A program made the translations under genes and the position numbers. A stretch of DNA of 60,009 nucleotides from Methanothrix sp. (GTDB lineage Archaea; Halobacteriota; Methanosarcinia; Methanotrichales; Methanotrichaceae), in contig JBAXWY010000012.1 of NCBI GenBank assembly GCA_037128175.1, positions 1-60,009 of the forward strand, read 5' to 3'. Shown piece after piece: positions 57,115 to 60,009 of this stretch (within the stretch, counting starts at the first letter, position 1; each line of letters starts with the position of its first letter). Below the pieces are notes generated by a model, which was not told the DNA's origin, did not search any database, and was given only the letters and a program-made list of their open reading frames with translations.

Positions 57115-58623
57115 ATGAAGCCCTTAGCAATCATAATCATGGACGGCTTCGGCATAAGCCCAATAGTTGAGGGCAATGCCATAGCCAAGGCGCATAAGCC
57201 CAACTTGGAACGGTTCTGGAAGAATTACCCGACGACCACTCTGGCCGCTTCGGGCCTGGCTGTGGGTTTGCCGCGCGGCCAGATGGGCAACTCAGAGGTT
57301 GGACACCTCAACATGGGGGGCGGCAGGATCGTCTACCAGGACTACACCAGAATCAGTCTGGCGGTTGAGCTGGGCACTATCGCCGAAAATGCGGTTTTGC
57401 TGCAGGCTATGGAAAAAGCAAAAGGGGCCAGGCTGCATCTGATCGGCCTCTTATCGGACGGCGGAGTGCACAGCCACAACACTCACCTTTATGCGCTTTT
57501 GCAGATGGCTGCGAAAATGGGCCTGGAAGATGTTTATGTGCACGCTGTTTTGGACGGCAGGGATGTGCCCCCCCGAAGTGCGCTCGCTTATTTGCAGGAG
57601 CTAGAGGAGAAGTTCCAGCAGATCGGCACGGGCAAGGTGGCAACCGTCTCGGGTCGCTACTACACCATGGACCGGGACAAACGCTGGGAGAGAGTGGAGA
57701 AGGCCTACCGCTGCCTCACAATTGGCGAGGGGCAGCGAGCCGCTACAGCCAGGGAAGCGGTGGAAAACGGCTACCTGCGAGGCGAGAATGATGAATTCCT
57801 GCAGCCGACTCTGGTAGACGAAAATGGACGGGTTAGGGATGGGGACAGCATTATTTTCTTCAATTTCCGGCCTGACAGAGCCCGCGAGATAACCAGAGCC
57901 TTTGTTGATAAGGATTTTCAGGGCTTTGCCGTGAAAACGATGCGGGTTTCTTACACCTGCATGACTCAGTACGATGCCACATTAAACGTGCCCATTGCCT
58001 TCCCTCTGCAAAACCTGGACGACACTCTCGGCCAGGTGATAAGCCGAGCTGGTCTGCGGCAACTGCGTATTGCCGAGACGGAGAAATATGCTCATGTCAC
58101 TTACTTCTTTAACGGCGGAAAAGAAGAACCCAATCCTGGAGAAGACCGCGCCCTCATACCGTCTCCCAAAGTGGCCACCTACGACTTAATGCCGGAGATG
58201 AGCGCCTTCCTGGTTCGGGATGAGGTGATGGCACAGATCGACTGCGGCAAGTATGACCTCATCGTCCTCAATTTCGCCAATCCCGATATGGTGGGCCACA
58301 CCGGCATATTCGAGGCCGCTGTGCAAGCGGTAGAGGTGGTGGACGGATGCGTGGGCGCAGTTGTGGATGAGATCCTCAAGAAGGGTGGCGCCGTGCTGCT
58401 CACTGCCGATCACGGCAATGCAGAGAAGATGATCGATCTGACCTCCGGCCAGCCGCATACCGCTCACACCACCAATCCCGTGCCCTTCACGCTGATAATA
58501 AATGACGGCCAAAAGTACAGCCTGCGTGAGGATGGTATTTTGGCAGATATTGCGCCCACGGCACTGGAGCTCCTGCATATCCCCCAACCGAAAGCGATTG
58601 ATGGAAAGAGCCTCATCAGATAG
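57115..58623 (+). CDS. gpmI: 2,3-bisphosphoglycerate-independent phosphoglycerate mutase
   Basis: MGNSEVGH, GGVHSH, DGRD, ETEKYAHVT, DMVGHTG, TADHGNAE. Confidence 0.95.
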   Translation: MKPLAIIIMDGFGISPIVEGNAIAKAHKPNLERFWKNYPTTTLAASGLAVGLPRGQMGNSEVGHLNMGGGRIVYQDYTRISLAVELGTIAENAVLLQAMEKAKGARLHLIGLLSDGGVHSHNTHLYALLQMAAKMGLEDVYVHAVLDGRDVPPRSALAYLQELEEKFQQIGTGKVATVSGRYYTMDRDKRWERVEKAYRCLTIGEGQRAATAREAVENGYLRGENDEFLQPTLVDENGRVRDGDSIIFFNFRPDRAREITRAFVDKDFQGFAVKTMRVSYTCMTQYDATLNVPIAFPLQNLDDTLGQVISRAGLRQLRIAETEKYAHVTYFFNGGKEEPNPGEDRALIPSPKVATYDLMPEMSAFLVRDEVMAQIDCGKYDLIVLNFANPDMVGHTGIFEAAVQAVEVVDGCVGAVVDEILKKGGAVLLTADHGNAEKMIDLTSGQPHTAHTTNPVPFTLIINDGQKYSLREDGILADIAPTALELLHIPQPKAIDGKSLIR

Positions 58624-58633
58624 GAAGACCAAA

Positions 58634-58936
58634 ATGGTGAAAGTGCCACAGAAATACGAAGAATGCATTTATTGGAAGGACCAGGATGACGGCTTTCTTG
58701 GCTATTGCCAGCATCCCAAAGCCCGAACCGGTGAGCCGTGCATTCTGAATGTCGAAGACTATTGCCCACTTCGGGACCCAGCAATGGTCCAGGAGCCGGC
58801 ATCAGTCCGTAAATGCTTGATCTGTGGCAATACCATGAGTTCGGATGAGTATGAGGCTAACGGCTGTATTTTCTGTGGTTCCAATGCCGAGCCACTATTC
58901 TGTTCGGAGTCTTATGATGTACGCGATCGGGAGTGA
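58634..58936 (+). CDS. Small Cys-rich putative zinc-binding protein
   Basis: C..W...GYC.H...C......C plus CLIC and CIFC pairs. Confidence 0.6.
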   Translation: MVKVPQKYEECIYWKDQDDGFLGYCQHPKARTGEPCILNVEDYCPLRDPAMVQEPASVRKCLICGNTMSSDEYEANGCIFCGSNAEPLFCSESYDVRDRE

Positions 58937-59054
58937 AAGGAGACTCTGGACTCTTGGTCGGTCAAATACCATAGCAGAGGTTGCATAATTGCCAATTCCT
59001 CCAGTTCCCGGATAGTAAGTAAAGCATATATCTCTCAAGCACTTCTTAGAATCT

Positions 59055-60009
59055 ATGAAGTTGATCCATGTAGCATTCATCATTTTGCTGGCATTGATAG
59101 CATCAGCACAATGTCAGCAGACTGCCGAAGATTGGTTAAACAAAGGCGATTTGCTTCTTAACTCAGGTAAATATAATGAGTCCATCGACGCCTACAACAA
59201 GTCCATCGAGCTTAATCAGTCATATGCGGTGGCATGGTGTCATAAAGGCAGTGCTCTTTTTAATTTGAGCCTGTATAATGAGTCTTTAGTGTGTTATAAT
59301 AAAGCAATTGAGCTAAATTCATCCGAACCAGCTTACTGGAACAACAAAGGCGATGCACTATACTTCTATACCATCAATTATAACGAGGTCCTCAAAGCCT
59401 ATGAAGAGGCCATCAGGCTCAATCCCAAGGATGCCAGTTCCTGGACTGACAACGGCAATGCTCTACATTTCCGGAACAATGAGGATGAGGCTTTTTATTG
59501 GTACCTCAAAGGCGTGGCTCTCTATAACAAAGCCAAGTACGACGAAGCCGTCAAGGCATATGATCAAGCCATCAAGCTGGATCCATCTGAACCAAATTAT
59601 TGGATTCACAAAGGCAATATTCTCGATCACCAAGCCAAGTACGACGAAGCCGTCAAGGCTTACGATGAAGCTATCAAGCTGAATTCATCCGAGCCAAGTT
59701 ACTGGAACCGCAAAGGAGTTGCTCTCTATAACCTTGGCAAGTACGATGAGGCCGTCAAAGCTTATGATGAAGCTATCGGGCTGAATTCATCCGAACCATT
59801 ATACTGGATCAACAAAGGAGCAACACTCTACACCCAAGCCAAGTACGACGAGGCCGTCAAGGCTTACGATGAAGCTATCGGGCTGAATTCATCCGAGCCA
59901 AGTTACTGGAACCGCAAAGGCGTGGCTCTCCAGAACCAAGCCAAGTACGACGAAGCCGTCAAAGCTTATGATGAAGCTATCGGGCTGAATTCATCCGAAC
60001 CATTATACT
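59055..60009 (+). CDS. Secreted TPR-repeat protein (runs off the window end)
   Basis: Hand-translated MKLIHVAFIILLALIASAQCQQTAEDWLNKG...; 34-aa repeats W..KG..L....KYDEAVKAYDEAI.L; missing from the ORF track because no stop lies in the window. Confidence 0.9.
   Translation, partial: MKLIHVAFIILLALIASAQCQQTAEDWLNKGDLLLNSGKYNESIDAYNKSIELNQSYAVAWCHKGSALFNLSLYNESLVCYNKAIELNSSEPAYWNNKGDALYFYTINYNEVLKAYEEAIRLNPKDASSWTDNGNALHFRNNEDEAFYWYLKGVALYNKAKYDEAVKAYDQAIKLDPSEPNYWIHKGNILDHQAKYDEAVKAYDEAIKLNSSEPSYWNRKGVALYNLGKYDEAVKAYDEAIGLNSSEPLYWINKGATLYTQAKYDEAVKAYDEAIGLNSSEPSYWNRKGVALQNQAKYDEAVKAYDEAIGLNSSEPLY

Noticed and set aside
59055-60009. Diversity-generating retroelement target
   Set aside because: No reverse transcriptase or template repeat in the window, and differences between repeats are not adenine-specific.

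Overview
Chromosomal window of a methanogenic archaeon, most likely Methanothrix/Methanosaeta-like (inferred from sepS, aRF1, csl4-rpoL, rtcA, artA-psd-pssA-mptD and Methanothrix-style secreted TPR proteins). Housekeeping blocks alternate with two accessory islands. (1) About 1.85-9.7 kb is a toxin-antitoxin (TA) island. Its left part is an array of co-oriented minus-strand TA cassettes separated by five direct copies of a GC-rich, hairpin-forming element (three copies of ~150-170 bp, two shorter and decayed) that is neither a CRISPR repeat nor a canonical attC. Three of the five toxins there are disabled (two internal deletions, one frameshift on an A-AAA-AAC heptamer) while the antitoxins remain open. 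It is followed by radC, a truncated HsdR N-terminus, an IS481 remnant, an XRE/ImmA-DUF4411 pair and an MNT-HEPN pair. (2) About 26.9-39.7 kb is a defence operon with a SNF2 helicase / DUF1156 methylase / Swt1-HEPN-DUF499 ATPase core and nested HNH, ASCH and ABC-ATPase + DUF4276-like genes. Also present: a tnpB-only IS200/IS605 element, ACAAAG/ACAGAG-periodic inverted repeats, two promoter-plus-double-hairpin sRNA candidates, and genes that appear to need CTG or ACG start codons. No rRNA, tRNA or CRISPR array was recognised. All family calls come from reading motifs by eye; no searches were run.
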